Shown here one piece after another: positions 32,576 through 43,800 of a stretch of DNA of 64,000 nt. Each line of letters opens with the position of its first letter. Positions within the stretch are counted from its first letter, which is position 1. Source of the stretch: a virus (lineage: Duplodnaviria; Caudoviricetes); IMG/VR virus record IMGVR_UViG_2829772224_000004, positions 2,613 to 66,612 of that record; one strand, 5' to 3'. The translations under genes were made by a program, and so were the position numbers. The notes beneath the pieces were generated by a model. The model did not search any database. It saw only the letters and a program-made list of their open reading frames with translations, and was not told where the DNA came from.

Positions 32576-34311
32576 TGTACGCCACCCTCGCCTGCCCGGA
32601 CTGGGTCGATAGGCTCAAGTCGGGCAGGTCCCTTATTCCTGACCTGCCGCTTGATCGCAGTCGCGCCGACAGGGCCGTCGCGATCTTCAATAAGCTCAGG
32701 CTTCCCGATGTCGGCGGCCAGCCCTCAATGGCTGAGGCCGCCGGCGATTGGTTCCGCGAGATCGTCGCCGCCCTTTTCGGCGGCTTCATGCCGGACAGCG
32801 ACGATCGGTTCATCCGAGAGATTTTCACTCTCGTCCCGAAGAAGAACAGCAAGACGACCGGCGGCGCCGGCATCATGATGACCGCGCTCATCATGAATGA
32901 GCGGCCGCGTGCCGAATTCCTGCTGATCGGCCCGACCCAGGCGGTGTCGGATACCGCCTTCAGCCAGGCAGTCGGCATGATCCAGGCCGACCCGTATCTG
33001 ACGAAACGGTTCCACATCAAGGAACACGTCAAGGAGATCCGGGACCGCACCAACGGCGCCAAGCTCAAGATCAAGACCTTTGACACCAAGGTTCTGGTCG
33101 GATCGAAGCCCGTCGGCGTCCTCATCGACGAGATCCACGAGCTCGGCAAGATCGCCAGCGCTGCGCGCGTCCTCCGTCAGATCCGCGGTGGCATCCTGCC
33201 CTTCCCCGAAGGGTTCGTCGTCTTCATCACGACGCAGTCCGACGAGCCGCCGGTCGGTGTGTTCCGCTCCGAGCTTATCAAGGCCAGGATGATCCGTGAC
33301 GGCAAGGCGCAGAGCGTCATGCTTCCGGTTCTCTACGAGTTCCCGGTCTCGATGATGAAAGATGGATCCTGGAAGGATCCTGCTAACTGGTGGATGGTCA
33401 CCCCGAACCGGGATCGATCGATCACCATCGAACGCCTGATCGAGGGGCATACCGAGGCACTGCTTGAGGGCGATGCTGCCCTCAAGATCTGGGCGTCACA
33501 GCATCTCAATATCGAGATCGGCCTCGCCCTGCAGGACGACAATTGGGCCGGTGCCGAATTCTGGCCGCTCGCCGCCAACAAGCGTCTGACGCTCCAGGAG
33601 GTGAAACGCCGATCCTCAGTGATCGTCATCGGCATCGATGGCGGCGGCCTGGACGACTTGCTGGGTATCGCCGTCATGGGCCGATGCAAGTTCACCGGCA
33701 AGAACCTGCTTTGGAGTCATGCCTGGGCGCATGAGATCGTGAAGAAGCGCCGGCCCGAAATCGCATCGAAGCTCGACGATCTTAGTAAGCTGAAGCAGCT
33801 GACGTTTGTGAAGTTGCCCGGCGAAGACGTCTACGAGCTCGCCGGCATCGTATTTGATATCGAGGCGAGCGGCTTGCTCGCCGCCGAGAATTCGATCGGC
33901 GTTGACTCATTCGGCGTCGCTGCGATCCGCAAGGCGCTTACGAAGGAAGATGGCGGAATCGCCAAGGAACGCATCGTCGGTATCCCGCAAGGCTGGAAGC
34001 TGAACGGCGCCATCAAGGATGCCGAACGCGACCTCGCCGGCGGCCAGCTCGTCCATGCCGGGCTCGAACTCATGGATTTCGCGGTCGGCAACGCGAAGGT
34101 GGTACCTCGCGGCAATGCCGTAGCCATCGACAAGCAGGTCTCGGGTTCGGCGAAGATCGATCCCCTCATGGCTGCTCTGCATGCCCAGGTCCTCATGGGC
34201 CTGAACCCGGTACCTGCCGGCGTCTCGGGTTGGGACACCGACGACCTCGATGCGCTCGAGGAAAAAATCGCGGCTGCGGTCCTTGAGGCCGAGGCCCGCC
34301 ACGTCGCCTGA
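32575..34311 (+). CDS. terL: Terminase large subunit
   Basis: VPKKNSKTT Walker A, LIDEIH Walker B, ITTQS, GIDGGGLDDL nuclease, KIDPLMA. Confidence 0.95.
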   Translation: MYATLACPDWVDRLKSGRSLIPDLPLDRSRADRAVAIFNKLRLPDVGGQPSMAEAAGDWFREIVAALFGGFMPDSDDRFIREIFTLVPKKNSKTTGGAGIMMTALIMNERPRAEFLLIGPTQAVSDTAFSQAVGMIQADPYLTKRFHIKEHVKEIRDRTNGAKLKIKTFDTKVLVGSKPVGVLIDEIHELGKIASAARVLRQIRGGILPFPEGFVVFITTQSDEPPVGVFRSELIKARMIRDGKAQSVMLPVLYEFPVSMMKDGSWKDPANWWMVTPNRDRSITIERLIEGHTEALLEGDAALKIWASQHLNIEIGLALQDDNWAGAEFWPLAANKRLTLQEVKRRSSVIVIGIDGGGLDDLLGIAVMGRCKFTGKNLLWSHAWAHEIVKKRRPEIASKLDDLSKLKQLTFVKLPGEDVYELAGIVFDIEASGLLAAENSIGVDSFGVAAIRKALTKEDGGIAKERIVGIPQGWKLNGAIKDAERDLAGGQLVHAGLELMDFAVGNAKVVPRGNAVAIDKQVSGSAKIDPLMAALHAQVLMGLNPVPAGVSGWDTDDLDALEEKIAAAVLEAEARHVA

Positions 34312-34330
34312 CCACATCTGGAGCAACTGT

Positions 34331-34543
34331 ATGCGCTATGTCACTGCCGCTGCGCGCGGTATCCGCCGTGGTGCGACGTCAGTTGCGCGGGCCGTACCGG
34401 TCCTGGCTCGCGATTGCATCGGGCTCGTCGGCGCCGCATCGATCGTATACGGGATCGCTCAAATCCATGTCCCCGCCGCATACATCGTCGGCGGCTTGAT
34501 GTTGATGTGGGCGGCATTCGCCCTGGCCGGGCGGGCGAACTGA
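34331..34543 (+). CDS. Small membrane protein between terL and portal
   Basis: Two short hydrophobic segments (GLVGAASIVYG; AAYIVGGLMLMWAAF). Confidence 0.7.
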   Translation: MRYVTAAARGIRRGATSVARAVPVLARDCIGLVGAASIVYGIAQIHVPAAYIVGGLMLMWAAFALAGRAN

Positions 34544-35826
34544 TGCGCGGCCTGTTCGGAACGCTCGCACAGCCCGAGGTCAAGGCTGACGGCTCGTCGC
34601 GATATGGCCTCGTCGACGAGATGTGGGCCAACTTCTTCGGCGGTTACCGGACGTCGAAATCCGGGGTCGCCGTGAACTGGCGCTCCGCCTTGTCGGTGAC
34701 AACCGTTCTGGCCTGCGCGCGAGTCCGCGCCGACGGCCACGCCACTGTGCCTTGGAAGCTCTACCACAAGCCGGAAGGCAGCAACGTTCCGACCGAAGCC
34801 AGGACACATCCGCTCTACGACCTGATGGCGACGGCGCCGAACGAATGGATGACGAGCCTGGAATTCAGGGAAACCCAAAGTTTCCACGTCGATCTCGCTG
34901 GCAGATCATACGCCTTCCTGAACAAGCTTCCGAATGGCCGGATCCTCGAAATGATCCTGCTCGATCCTGCCCGGGTCGCCTTCAAGCAGCATCCCGATTA
35001 CTCGCGGACCTACACGCTGCAAGGGCTCGACGGTACCACCCAAACGGTTTCTGGCGACAAGATCTGGCACGTCAAAGGCCCGTCGTGGGACACCGTGGAG
35101 GGACTCGATATCGTCCGCTTCGCATCCGAGGCCATCGGCCTGGCGCTTGCCGCCGAGGAAAGTCATGCCTCGTTCCATCGCAACGGTGTGATGCCGAGCG
35201 GAATTTTGTCCGTTGAGGGCAACGTTAATGAAGCCGGCCTGATCCGCCTCGCCGCATGGGTGCGTCGGCATTTCGGCGGCGCCGACAACGTCGGCAAGCT
35301 GATGGCCGTCGACAGGAATGCTAAATTCCTGCCGGTCCGGATGAATGGCGTCGACAGCCAGCATCTTGAAACCCGGAAATTCCAGGTCGAGCGGATCTGC
35401 GAGGTCATGCGGACGATGCCGATCATGATCGGCTTCTCCGGAGACAAGAACGCGACCTTTGCGTCGGCGTCCGAGATGTTTTTGGCCCATCTCGTCCATA
35501 CGGTTCGACCGATTCACCGCCGTTTCGAGGCGTCCGCTGATCTCTTCCTGCTCACCAAGGAAGAGCGCGCCAAAGGCTTCTACACCGGGTTTGTCGACCA
35601 GGAATTCTTGCGCGCCAACGCCAAGGATCGAGCCGAGTACAACAAATCCGCGCTGGGCGGCTCAAGCCCCGGCTGGCGGACTCCGAACCAGATCCGCGCC
35701 GATGATGAGGAGCCCCCGATTCCCGGCGGCGATTACCTCTACGTCCCCGCCAACATGGTGGCGATCGGCGCCGACGGAAAACCCATCTTTCTCACCGCGC
35801 CCAAAGCGCCTGTGGCTGGAGAGTGA
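34543..35826 (+). CDS. HK97-family portal protein
   Basis: V..ALSVTTVLACARVRAD, HPLYDL...PNEWMT..EF, RTPNQIR. Confidence 0.95.
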   Translation: MRGLFGTLAQPEVKADGSSRYGLVDEMWANFFGGYRTSKSGVAVNWRSALSVTTVLACARVRADGHATVPWKLYHKPEGSNVPTEARTHPLYDLMATAPNEWMTSLEFRETQSFHVDLAGRSYAFLNKLPNGRILEMILLDPARVAFKQHPDYSRTYTLQGLDGTTQTVSGDKIWHVKGPSWDTVEGLDIVRFASEAIGLALAAEESHASFHRNGVMPSGILSVEGNVNEAGLIRLAAWVRRHFGGADNVGKLMAVDRNAKFLPVRMNGVDSQHLETRKFQVERICEVMRTMPIMIGFSGDKNATFASASEMFLAHLVHTVRPIHRRFEASADLFLLTKEERAKGFYTGFVDQEFLRANAKDRAEYNKSALGGSSPGWRTPNQIRADDEEPPIPGGDYLYVPANMVAIGADGKPIFLTAPKAPVAGE

Positions 35827-36530
35827 GCCAAATGGAACACTTCAACGTCAATTTCGACGAGCTCAAATTCGCCTCGAATGGTGTCAAGGAAGGCACGTTC
35901 TCTGGCTATGCGTCGATTTTTGGCAACGTGGATTCCCACGGCGATATCGTCGAAAAGGGCGCCTTCGCGAAGAGCCTTCGCGACTGGGGCGACAAGGGCA
36001 AACTGCCCAAGATGATGCTTCAGCACGGCGGCTTCTTTGGTCCCGTCGACGACATGCTTCCGATCGGCAAATGGACGTCGATGGAAGAGAACTCCAAGGG
36101 GCTCAAGGTCGAAGGCGAGCTGTTTGCCATCAACACCGACCGCGGTGCCCTGATCCATGAAGGCATGAAGAGCGGCGAACTCGATGGTCTCTCCATAGGC
36201 TACCGGCCGATCAAGTACCGGATGGGATCGAAGCCCCAGGACCCGACACGGTGGCTCGAAGAGATCGACCTCCGTGAGGTTAGCATCGTGACGTGGGGCT
36301 CCAACGACAAGGCGCTGATCGGCCAGGTCAAGGCCGCCGATCTTCTCAATCCCCGTGAGCTCGAACGCGAGCTCAAATCCATTCTCTCCGCGACCGACGC
36401 CGTGAGGGCCGTCGCCATCGTGAAGAAGCACCTTCAGCGTGAGGCTGAGGGCCACCCATCTCCCAACGCTCGTGAGGAAGCGATGGCGATGGAACTGCTC
36501 GATTCACTGAAAAAGTTCCGGGCAGCCTGA
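35823..36530 (+). CDS. HK97-family prohead protease
   Basis: FSGYASIFGNVD..GDIV.KGAF, MMLQH, GLSIGY, EVSIVT.GSN..A. Confidence 0.95.
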   Translation: MSQMEHFNVNFDELKFASNGVKEGTFSGYASIFGNVDSHGDIVEKGAFAKSLRDWGDKGKLPKMMLQHGGFFGPVDDMLPIGKWTSMEENSKGLKVEGELFAINTDRGALIHEGMKSGELDGLSIGYRPIKYRMGSKPQDPTRWLEEIDLREVSIVTWGSNDKALIGQVKAADLLNPRELERELKSILSATDAVRAVAIVKKHLQREAEGHPSPNAREEAMAMELLDSLKKFRAA

Positions 36531-36557
36531 CCTCAACCTGACAATTAGGAGGGCGAA

Positions 36558-37937
36558 ATGCCCGAACTCAAGGACGTGCTGGACGATGTCCAGCGCGAGG
36601 TGAAGAAGTTTGGCGACGATGTCGGCTCGCTGAAGACCTCGATGGAAAAGGACCTCAAGGAGGTTCGCGAGCTCGCCGAAAAGGCCGGCAAGGCCGCCGG
36701 CGAAGGCACCCAGCTCAAGAACGATCTCGAAGCCTTGACCCGTGGCGTCGAGGAGAAGCACGCCGCGATCGAGAAGAAGGTCCAGGAGATCCTGGATAAG
36801 GCCGCCAAGGAAGCCGAGGCGGTTCTCGAAATCCAGAAGAAGATGGGGCGCCCCGGTTTCGGCGGCAGCGGCGATGTCGACACCGTGCTGAAGCACGCCA
36901 CCGACTTCAAGCGCGTCGCGATGTCCCGTCGTGGCGAGCTCAAGTCGACAACCAACCTGAAGCCCGAAGACACCAACGTCGACGAGTACAAGGCCTATGT
37001 CGACGCCTTCAAGATGTCGATCCGCCGCGAGATCAACACCCTCTCGCAGGACGAACAGAAGGCCATGATGGTCGGCTCCGATCCTGACGGCGGCTATTTG
37101 GTGCCGACGTCGGTGTCGGCCCGCATCATCACCAAGGTCTACGAGACCTCGCCGCTCGACGAGCTCGCCTATCATGAGTCCGTCTCGACCGATGCGCTCG
37201 AGATCGCGGTCGACACCGACGAGGCCGGCGCCGGCTGGGTTGGTGAAACCGAGGCCCGTCCCGAAACCAGCACGCCGCAGGTCGGCGTCCAGCGTATTCC
37301 GGTCCACGAAATCTATGCGAAGCCGAAAGCAACGCAGCAGCTGCTCGAGGATGCCGGCATCGACGTGGAGGCCTGGCTTGCCGGCAAGGTCGCCGACAAG
37401 TTCGCCCGGATGCGCGCCCTTGCGTTCATTTCGGGCAACGGCATCAAGAAGCCTCGCGGCATCCTGACCTACCCGGCGGGTTCCGCTGGCGTTCGCGGCA
37501 CCATCATGCAGGTCCCGTCGGGCCACGCCACCCTGTTGACGGCCGATGGTCTCGTCACCATGACGTTCTCCATCAAGGACCGGTACCTCGCCAACGCGAA
37601 CTGGATGATGAAGCGGGGCACCGTTGGCGCCGTCATGCTCTTCAAGGACTCGCAGGGCCAGTATATCTGGCGGCCTGGCCTTGAGGCCGGCAAGCCGTCG
37701 ATCCTGCTCGGCTACAACGTCCGCCGCGCCGACGACATGCCATCGGTTGGCGCCGGCGCGTTGCCGGTGGCCTTTGGCGATTTCCGCGCCGGCTACACCG
37801 TCGTGGACCGTCTCGGCATCCGGACCCTCCGCGACCCATACTCGTCGAAGCCGTTCGTCGAGTTCTACACGCGCCAGCGTGTCGGCGGCGATGTCGTCGA
37901 CTTCGAGGCCTATGCCCTGCAGGTCGTCGGGACCTGA
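36558..37937 (+). CDS. HK97-fold major capsid protein
   Basis: N-terminal coiled-coil delta domain, DGGYLVP, WVGE, FISGNG.KKPRGIL, FGDF..GYTVVDR, R.GGDV. Confidence 0.96.
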   Translation: MPELKDVLDDVQREVKKFGDDVGSLKTSMEKDLKEVRELAEKAGKAAGEGTQLKNDLEALTRGVEEKHAAIEKKVQEILDKAAKEAEAVLEIQKKMGRPGFGGSGDVDTVLKHATDFKRVAMSRRGELKSTTNLKPEDTNVDEYKAYVDAFKMSIRREINTLSQDEQKAMMVGSDPDGGYLVPTSVSARIITKVYETSPLDELAYHESVSTDALEIAVDTDEAGAGWVGETEARPETSTPQVGVQRIPVHEIYAKPKATQQLLEDAGIDVEAWLAGKVADKFARMRALAFISGNGIKKPRGILTYPAGSAGVRGTIMQVPSGHATLLTADGLVTMTFSIKDRYLANANWMMKRGTVGAVMLFKDSQGQYIWRPGLEAGKPSILLGYNVRRADDMPSVGAGALPVAFGDFRAGYTVVDRLGIRTLRDPYSSKPFVEFYTRQRVGGDVVDFEAYALQVVGT

Positions 37938-37953
37938 TCTCCCTTGAGCCATT

Positions 37954-37978
37954 AGAGGCGCGGCGACCCCGCGCCTCT
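37954..37978 (+). terminator. Hairpin after the capsid gene
   Basis: AGAGGCGCGG-cgacc-CCGCGCCTCT followed by a pyrimidine-rich tract. Confidence 0.55.
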
Positions 37979-38031
37979 CCCTCTCAATCCTGTCCGGCGC
38001 GACCGCCGGCACCTTTCAAATGGAGGTCCCG

Positions 38032-38457
38032 ATGCGGGACATCATCTCTCATATCGATCCAAAGCGCGGGATTTCGCCGGCCGCCGCGGTGACCGACAAC
38101 ACCGCCTTCGTTTCTCAGATCAACAATCGCCTCGGCGTCGAAGCCGTGGCTTTCCTGCTGCTGATGGGCTCCATCGCGGATGCCGACGTCACCTTCACGT
38201 TCCTGATGGAACACGGCGACGCCGCAAACATGTCCGACGCCACCGCGGTGCCGGACGACATGCTGAACGGCACCGAGCTTCTGGCAACGCCGCTGTTTTC
38301 CAGCGACGATAAGGTCTTCAAGATCGGCTACACCGGCGGCAAGCAATACCAGCGCGTCACCCTGACGCCCGTCGCGAACACCGGCAACATTTTCGTCGCC
38401 GGGGCTTGGCTGAACAGCAGGCTCAATCTCGGCCCCGCCGCGAACCCGCCGGCATAA
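38032..38457 (+). CDS. Putative head decoration protein
   Basis: Beta-rich, follows the capsid gene; KIGYTGGKQYQRVTLTP. Confidence 0.6.
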   Translation: MRDIISHIDPKRGISPAAAVTDNTAFVSQINNRLGVEAVAFLLLMGSIADADVTFTFLMEHGDAANMSDATAVPDDMLNGTELLATPLFSSDDKVFKIGYTGGKQYQRVTLTPVANTGNIFVAGAWLNSRLNLGPAANPPA

Positions 38458-38527
38458 CGCCGGCAATTGATGGGTCGGCGCCTCGGCGCGCCGGTCCTCC
38501 CTCTCACAAGTAGAAGGATCGGTCGCC

Positions 38528-39199
38528 ATGAAAGGCAAGGTCATCAAGGCATTCCCGTTCGCATTTGACGGGATCAGCATTCAGCACCTCCCCGTGAACA
38601 CGGATTTTCCGCCGGTCGGTTATGCTGTCAGCCAGCGTACATTCGACGGTATGGTGGACGCCGGGTTTGTCGAGCGCGGCGCCGCCGACGAACTGCCGGC
38701 CGAAGAGGCACTCAACCGCGAAATCATCGCCGCATTTGACCGCCAATTGTCGGCAGCATCCGACCAGGATCTCAAGGACATCATTGCGCGCTCGGGCCAG
38801 CCCTACAGCGGCAACCTGGTGCACGCCCACCTGGTTCTCGCGGCCAAACGCCAGATGCTGGCCGAAATGCAGGGCGTAGAACCTGTATTCGGCATCGACC
38901 CCACCTCAGGCGTCACCGAACAACCACTCTCGAAGCCAGGCGAGGCAACACCGCCTTCGGCAGCCGCTGCGGTACAGGAGCAGTTGGATCAGCAGGATGC
39001 CGGAAAGACTACCGGCGAGAACAAGGCAACCAACCAGTTCGGCGATCCGTTGCCGGGAGCCGCGCCGCGTCCGACCGTTGATCTCGACGGGTTGAAGAAG
39101 GATGAGCTCGAGAAGCTCGCCGCTGAACGTGGCGTCGACATATCGGCCGCGAAGACCAAACCGGAAATCCTCGCCGCGCTGAAGGCAGCCCAGGCTTGA
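38528..39199 (+). CDS. Head-module protein with C-terminal HeH/Rho-N-like domain
   Basis: DLDGLKKDELEKLAAERGVDISAAKTKPEILAAL. Confidence 0.65.
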   Translation: MKGKVIKAFPFAFDGISIQHLPVNTDFPPVGYAVSQRTFDGMVDAGFVERGAADELPAEEALNREIIAAFDRQLSAASDQDLKDIIARSGQPYSGNLVHAHLVLAAKRQMLAEMQGVEPVFGIDPTSGVTEQPLSKPGEATPPSAAAAVQEQLDQQDAGKTTGENKATNQFGDPLPGAAPRPTVDLDGLKKDELEKLAAERGVDISAAKTKPEILAALKAAQA

Positions 39200-39245
39200 A
39201 ATCGCGGGCCGGCGCGCGAATGCGCCGGCAGCGGCCCAACGGAGG

Positions 39246-39905
39246 ATGCTCGACATGATACGGTCTCAGCTCGTCGTCGACGTCGCCGCCGATAGCCTAC
39301 AGCTCCTGAGCATCGAGGAGATGCGTGCCGCTGCTGAAATTTCGGGGTCGGCCAGCGACTCCCAATTGAAGGCAATGGGGCTCGAGGTGGCTCAGGCCAT
39401 CATGTCGGAGTGCAACATCGCGGTCGGCAAGGGTGCGGAGCACACGCTTTGGCAGGAAACGCTGGTCGAAACCTTCTATTGGGTGCTGAGCGACGAGCTG
39501 CTGCTGTCACGCCGGCACGATATCGAATTGTTGTCCGTCGTCGCCGGCGGTGTCATCCTGGCCGACACCGAATATCAGGCTGATCCCGAATCCGGCATCA
39601 TGCACAGGCTTTGCGGTGACCGCCCGATGGAGTGGCGGGCAACCCGGATCGTGGTGACCTATAAGGCCGGCTTCGAAGCCATCCCCGGCGACCTCAAGAT
39701 GGCTGCATCCGAGTTCTTCAAGCTCGCATGGCAGAATCAAAAGCGCGATCTCGCGCTGCGGAGCGAAGTCGTCGATGTGCCCGACGTCCTGCGCACCGAA
39801 AAGAACTGGTGGATCGGCTCGGTACCCGGTCAGTCCTCCGATGGAGCCGTCCCGGCATCAATCGCCGGCAAGCTTCGCCGTTTCCGCAATATCGCAATCG
39901 GCTGA
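39246..39905 (+). CDS. Head-tail connector (gp6-like)
   Basis: LLSIEEMRAA..., IVVTYKAGFEAIPGDLKMAA; position after the head genes. Confidence 0.75.
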   Translation: MLDMIRSQLVVDVAADSLQLLSIEEMRAAAEISGSASDSQLKAMGLEVAQAIMSECNIAVGKGAEHTLWQETLVETFYWVLSDELLLSRRHDIELLSVVAGGVILADTEYQADPESGIMHRLCGDRPMEWRATRIVVTYKAGFEAIPGDLKMAASEFFKLAWQNQKRDLALRSEVVDVPDVLRTEKNWWIGSVPGQSSDGAVPASIAGKLRRFRNIAIG

Positions 39906-39921
39906 GTAAGGAACCGAAGCC

Positions 39922-40350
39922 ATGTCGATGAGCAATGCGCTTGAAAATGCCCTTCTGCTGCTGATCTTCAATGCCACAGCCTGGGCAAACTATGCCGACA
40001 ACGCGGCGTCGTCACCGCAGACCAATATCCATGTCGCCGCCCATACCGCGGATCCCGGCGAGGCCGGCGATATGACGACCAGCGAATCCGCCTATACCTC
40101 GTATGCCCGTGTCAACGTGGCCAGGACCTCGGGTGGCTGGACGGTCACCGCGAATAGCGTGAGCCCTTTCGCCAACATCGATTTCCCGGCCGGTACCGGT
40201 GGCTCCGGCACGATCTCCCACTTCTCGACGGGCAAGACGGGAGGCGGCGCCACTGCGATCCTGTTTTCAGGAACGGTGACTCCGAACATCGTCTCCGGCA
40301 ATGGTGTGACCCCGCGCCTCACCACCGCGACGGCGATCACGCTGGACTGA
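39922..40350 (+). CDS. Small beta-rich fibre-associated structural protein
   Basis: SNALENALL.LIFN...HTADPGEAG.....E.AYTSYARV.V.R....W...IDFP; Thr/Gly-rich. Confidence 0.6.
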   Translation: MSMSNALENALLLLIFNATAWANYADNAASSPQTNIHVAAHTADPGEAGDMTTSESAYTSYARVNVARTSGGWTVTANSVSPFANIDFPAGTGGSGTISHFSTGKTGGGATAILFSGTVTPNIVSGNGVTPRLTTATAITLD

Positions 40351-40353
40351 GCG

Positions 40354-40815
40354 ATGCAGCTCGGCGATGCGTTCCGGCGATGCCTCGTCGAGCTCGACGT
40401 CGCCGGTGCCCGCGCGCTCTGGCGCGAGGTCTCCCCGCACCTTCGTCAGCCCGCCAACGATGTTGAGACCTTGTTCATGCTGCATCGGGCTCGCACCGAG
40501 GCCGCGTCGATCGACCTCAAGCTGCGCGCATATTCGCATCGTTGGCTGGTCGACAACGGGTATCCGTCCGGACTGCCGGATACACTGCGACCGCGCGCCG
40601 AGCGGCTCTATCCCCGTGTCGTCGATGCTGTCGGAGTCTGCGTACGTCCGAGCTCATCTGACATGATACCCTTGGCGAAGGAGGTCGAAAGGGCGATGTC
40701 AGATGCCATCGCCGATGCCTATGCGGAGGGCAGGAAGTATCCCGAATTCGTTCGGGCCCGGATGCTCGAGGCGCGCGCGGCGACGCGGAAGAAGCTGCTC
40801 GGCATCGCGAAGTAG
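40354..40815 (+). CDS. Phage hypothetical protein
   Basis: 153-aa ORF within the late operon. Confidence 0.7.
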   Translation: MQLGDAFRRCLVELDVAGARALWREVSPHLRQPANDVETLFMLHRARTEAASIDLKLRAYSHRWLVDNGYPSGLPDTLRPRAERLYPRVVDAVGVCVRPSSSDMIPLAKEVERAMSDAIADAYAEGRKYPEFVRARMLEARAATRKKLLGIAK

Positions 40816-40820
40816 CCACG

Positions 40821-43800
40821 ATGGCCATAGTCGTTGTCGGCTCCGCGGTTGGTTCGACCAATCCGACGACATCTTTTACGATAACGATCCCGTCGACGGT
40901 TCGAACCGGCGATATCATGGTGTTGGCGGCGACCAATCGTGGAGCAACCGCCGCTCCGACGGTCACTGACAATGACACCGGTGGCAACACCTGGACGCGA
41001 AAGAACTCGGAAACGTCCAAGGCTTCCTTGTGGTGGAAGCGCGCCACATCTGCGACAGCCGGCAAGACGATCACAGTAAGCGGGATGACGACCGCGAGCT
41101 CTGGCGGCATTGTCGTCCTGCGGTTTGCCTATCCGACGGGCGATCCTTTCGACACCTATTCGCTCGAAGACAATACTTCCGGTAACGAGACCCACGCCTC
41201 GATAACCCCTAGCGTAAACGGGTGCGCCGTGGGTCTCGTGGTCTACAATACAGTCGGCGCGCGCACGATCACGACGCAGGCCGCAACCAGCCCGACTTCG
41301 CTGGTTGAGCGCTTCGACAACATCAATACCGGCGGCAACAACTGCGGCACATGTCTGGCCATTTCGAACCAGACGACAGCGGCCGCGACTGGTGCCGTTA
41401 CTTGGGCTCAGGCCAACGACGTCACGACATCGATCGTTCTTGCGATCAAGCCAGATCCTAATGTCGTTACCTCGTTCATTACCGCAACAGGCAGCGGTAC
41501 CTGGACGAAGCCGAGCGACTGGTCCGATGTCAATTGCATCGAGGTCATCGGCGGCGGTGGTGCCGGTGAAGATGTCACGGGCGGTGGTGGCGGCGGTGGA
41601 GCCTATTCCGCCTCGTTCGATGTCACCGGGCTTAACGCGACCGAAACGGTTGTGGTCGGCACAGGTGGTGCAACAAGCTCTGCCAATGGCGCCGATACCT
41701 GCTTCGGGGGCACGACGCTGGCAGGATCCATAGTGTCAGCCAAGGCTGGCGCAGGTTCCACCGGAACAGCTGGCGGTTTAGGCGGAGATACCTCCGGCGT
41801 CGGAGATGTCAAATTTGCCGGCGGCAATGGCGGCAACGGTGATTCCGGCGGCCAGGGTGCCGGTGGCGGCGGCGCCGGCGGCATAGGGGGCGCCGGCAAG
41901 AACGGTGGTAACGGCGCGACGGGCTCCAACGATGGTGGCGGTGGTGGCGGCGGTGCCGGCGGCAACATGTCCACCGCAGGCACCAATGGTGGGGCCAACG
42001 GCAGTCCTGGCGGTGCTGGACCATATGGAAATGGTGGCGGTGCTGGCGGGTCAGGTGCGGGCACTGGCGGTGCTGTAGGCGGTGGCGGCGGCGGCGGTGT
42101 CACCACAGGTGCTGCCGGCGGCGTCGGCGCCGAGTGGGATAATACCCATGGTTCCGGCGGCGGCGGCGGCGGCGGTGGTTTCTCTGGTGGCGCTGGTGGT
42201 GCTGGTGCGCTCTACGGTGGTGGGGGTGGAGGCGGCGGCGATACCGGCAACGGTGGTATCGGTGGCCAGGGCCTCATTGTTATCACCTATGCTGTCTCGG
42301 CCGGCTCGGCTGGCGCAGCAGGTGGCACCGGAACAGCGTCGGGCGCTGGTACCGCAATTGGAACCGCTAGCGCCTCGGCAACCGGAACTGGCACAGCGAC
42401 AGCAACTGGCCGGGCAACTTGTGAAGGCGTCGGCGCTTCCTCCGGTACCGGAAATGCGACGGCGGTTGGGATCAAGATCGATGCCGCAGTTGGTGCTGGA
42501 GGGGGATCCGGGGCGGCAACGGGCACCGGTCGGTCCACTGGCGCCGGAACGGCCGCAGCTTCGGCTACAGGTGGCGTCACAGCGCAAGGTGCCTCGACGG
42601 CCGCCGGTTCATCGGCGGCATCAGGTCTCGGCGCCGCAGCGGGCTCAGGCGCCGCCACAACGGCGGGCGTCGGGGCCGCATCCTCGGCGGGAGTCGCCAC
42701 TGGCTTAGGTTCCGGCATCGGATCGGCCGCAGGGGCATCTACGGGGGCCGCGACAGCAACTGCCGCTGCAACCTCTGTCACGATATCCAGTGGTGGCGGA
42801 ACAGCCGGCGGGGGCTCTGTTGTTTCGGCAACCGGGCAATCGACCGGAACAGGCACCGGCGCAGCAGCTGGGCTCGCGTCGGCGGCGGCCACAGGCCGAC
42901 CGATTGCTGCCGCCATAGGTGCGGCAAGCAGCTCGGGCCAGGCTAGCGCTAGTGGAGCCGCAACAGGAACGGGTTCGGGGTCGAGCAGCGCAACCGCATC
43001 GGTCCAGGCCACTGGCCGGGCCACCGCGGGATCTGCCGGCTCGGTTTCGGGCGCCGGTGTTGCCGCAGCTGCCGCGGTCACGATCTCGGCTGGCGCCGGT
43101 TCTGCCTCTGGCTCGTCGAGCGTATCAGGGCTGTCGTCCTCGGCCAGCACCGGCCTGGCGTCGGGAAACAGCAGCGTTTCAGCCGTTGGTGCCGCCGTCG
43201 CAGGTGCCGGCGGACTTTCGACTTCCTCTGGCATCGGAGCTGGCGTCGGTCGCGCGACCGCTGCTTCGGCGGCATCTGCCAGCGGGAGCAGCTCCGCAGT
43301 CAGCCAGGGCGCCGGAATCGCGTCGGCCATCGCGACATCGTCGGGCGCCGCGCAGGCCTCTGCAGCAGGATCAGCGATCGTGGCGCGAGCCGGATCGGCG
43401 ACTTGCACCGCTGTAGTGGCCGCAAACGGTGGCTCGGTATCCGCAGCTATCGGGGCCACGACTGCTTTTGGCGATGCCGATGGCTTGTCGTCGGCTATCG
43501 GCGCCGGCGTCGCGATATCGAGCGGATTCGGCGTCGCACTGTCGATCGGTTCCGCGGTTGCGGAAGCCGACGGCACCTCGTCCGGCCAGTCGTCGGCTTC
43601 CGGGGCTGGTCATGCGCTCCAGGGGTCACCGACGCCACCGGAACGGATCGTCGAGCTCGCCGCTGAGAATAGACGTGCGGTGATTGCCGGTGAGACCAGG
43701 TTGCGCGTCCTCGACGCCGAAAACCGCCGAAGCGTGCTGGGGGCCGAAGATCGACGGCTCGTGTTGGGCAACGAAGATCGAAGCACCGAGCTGCCGGCGG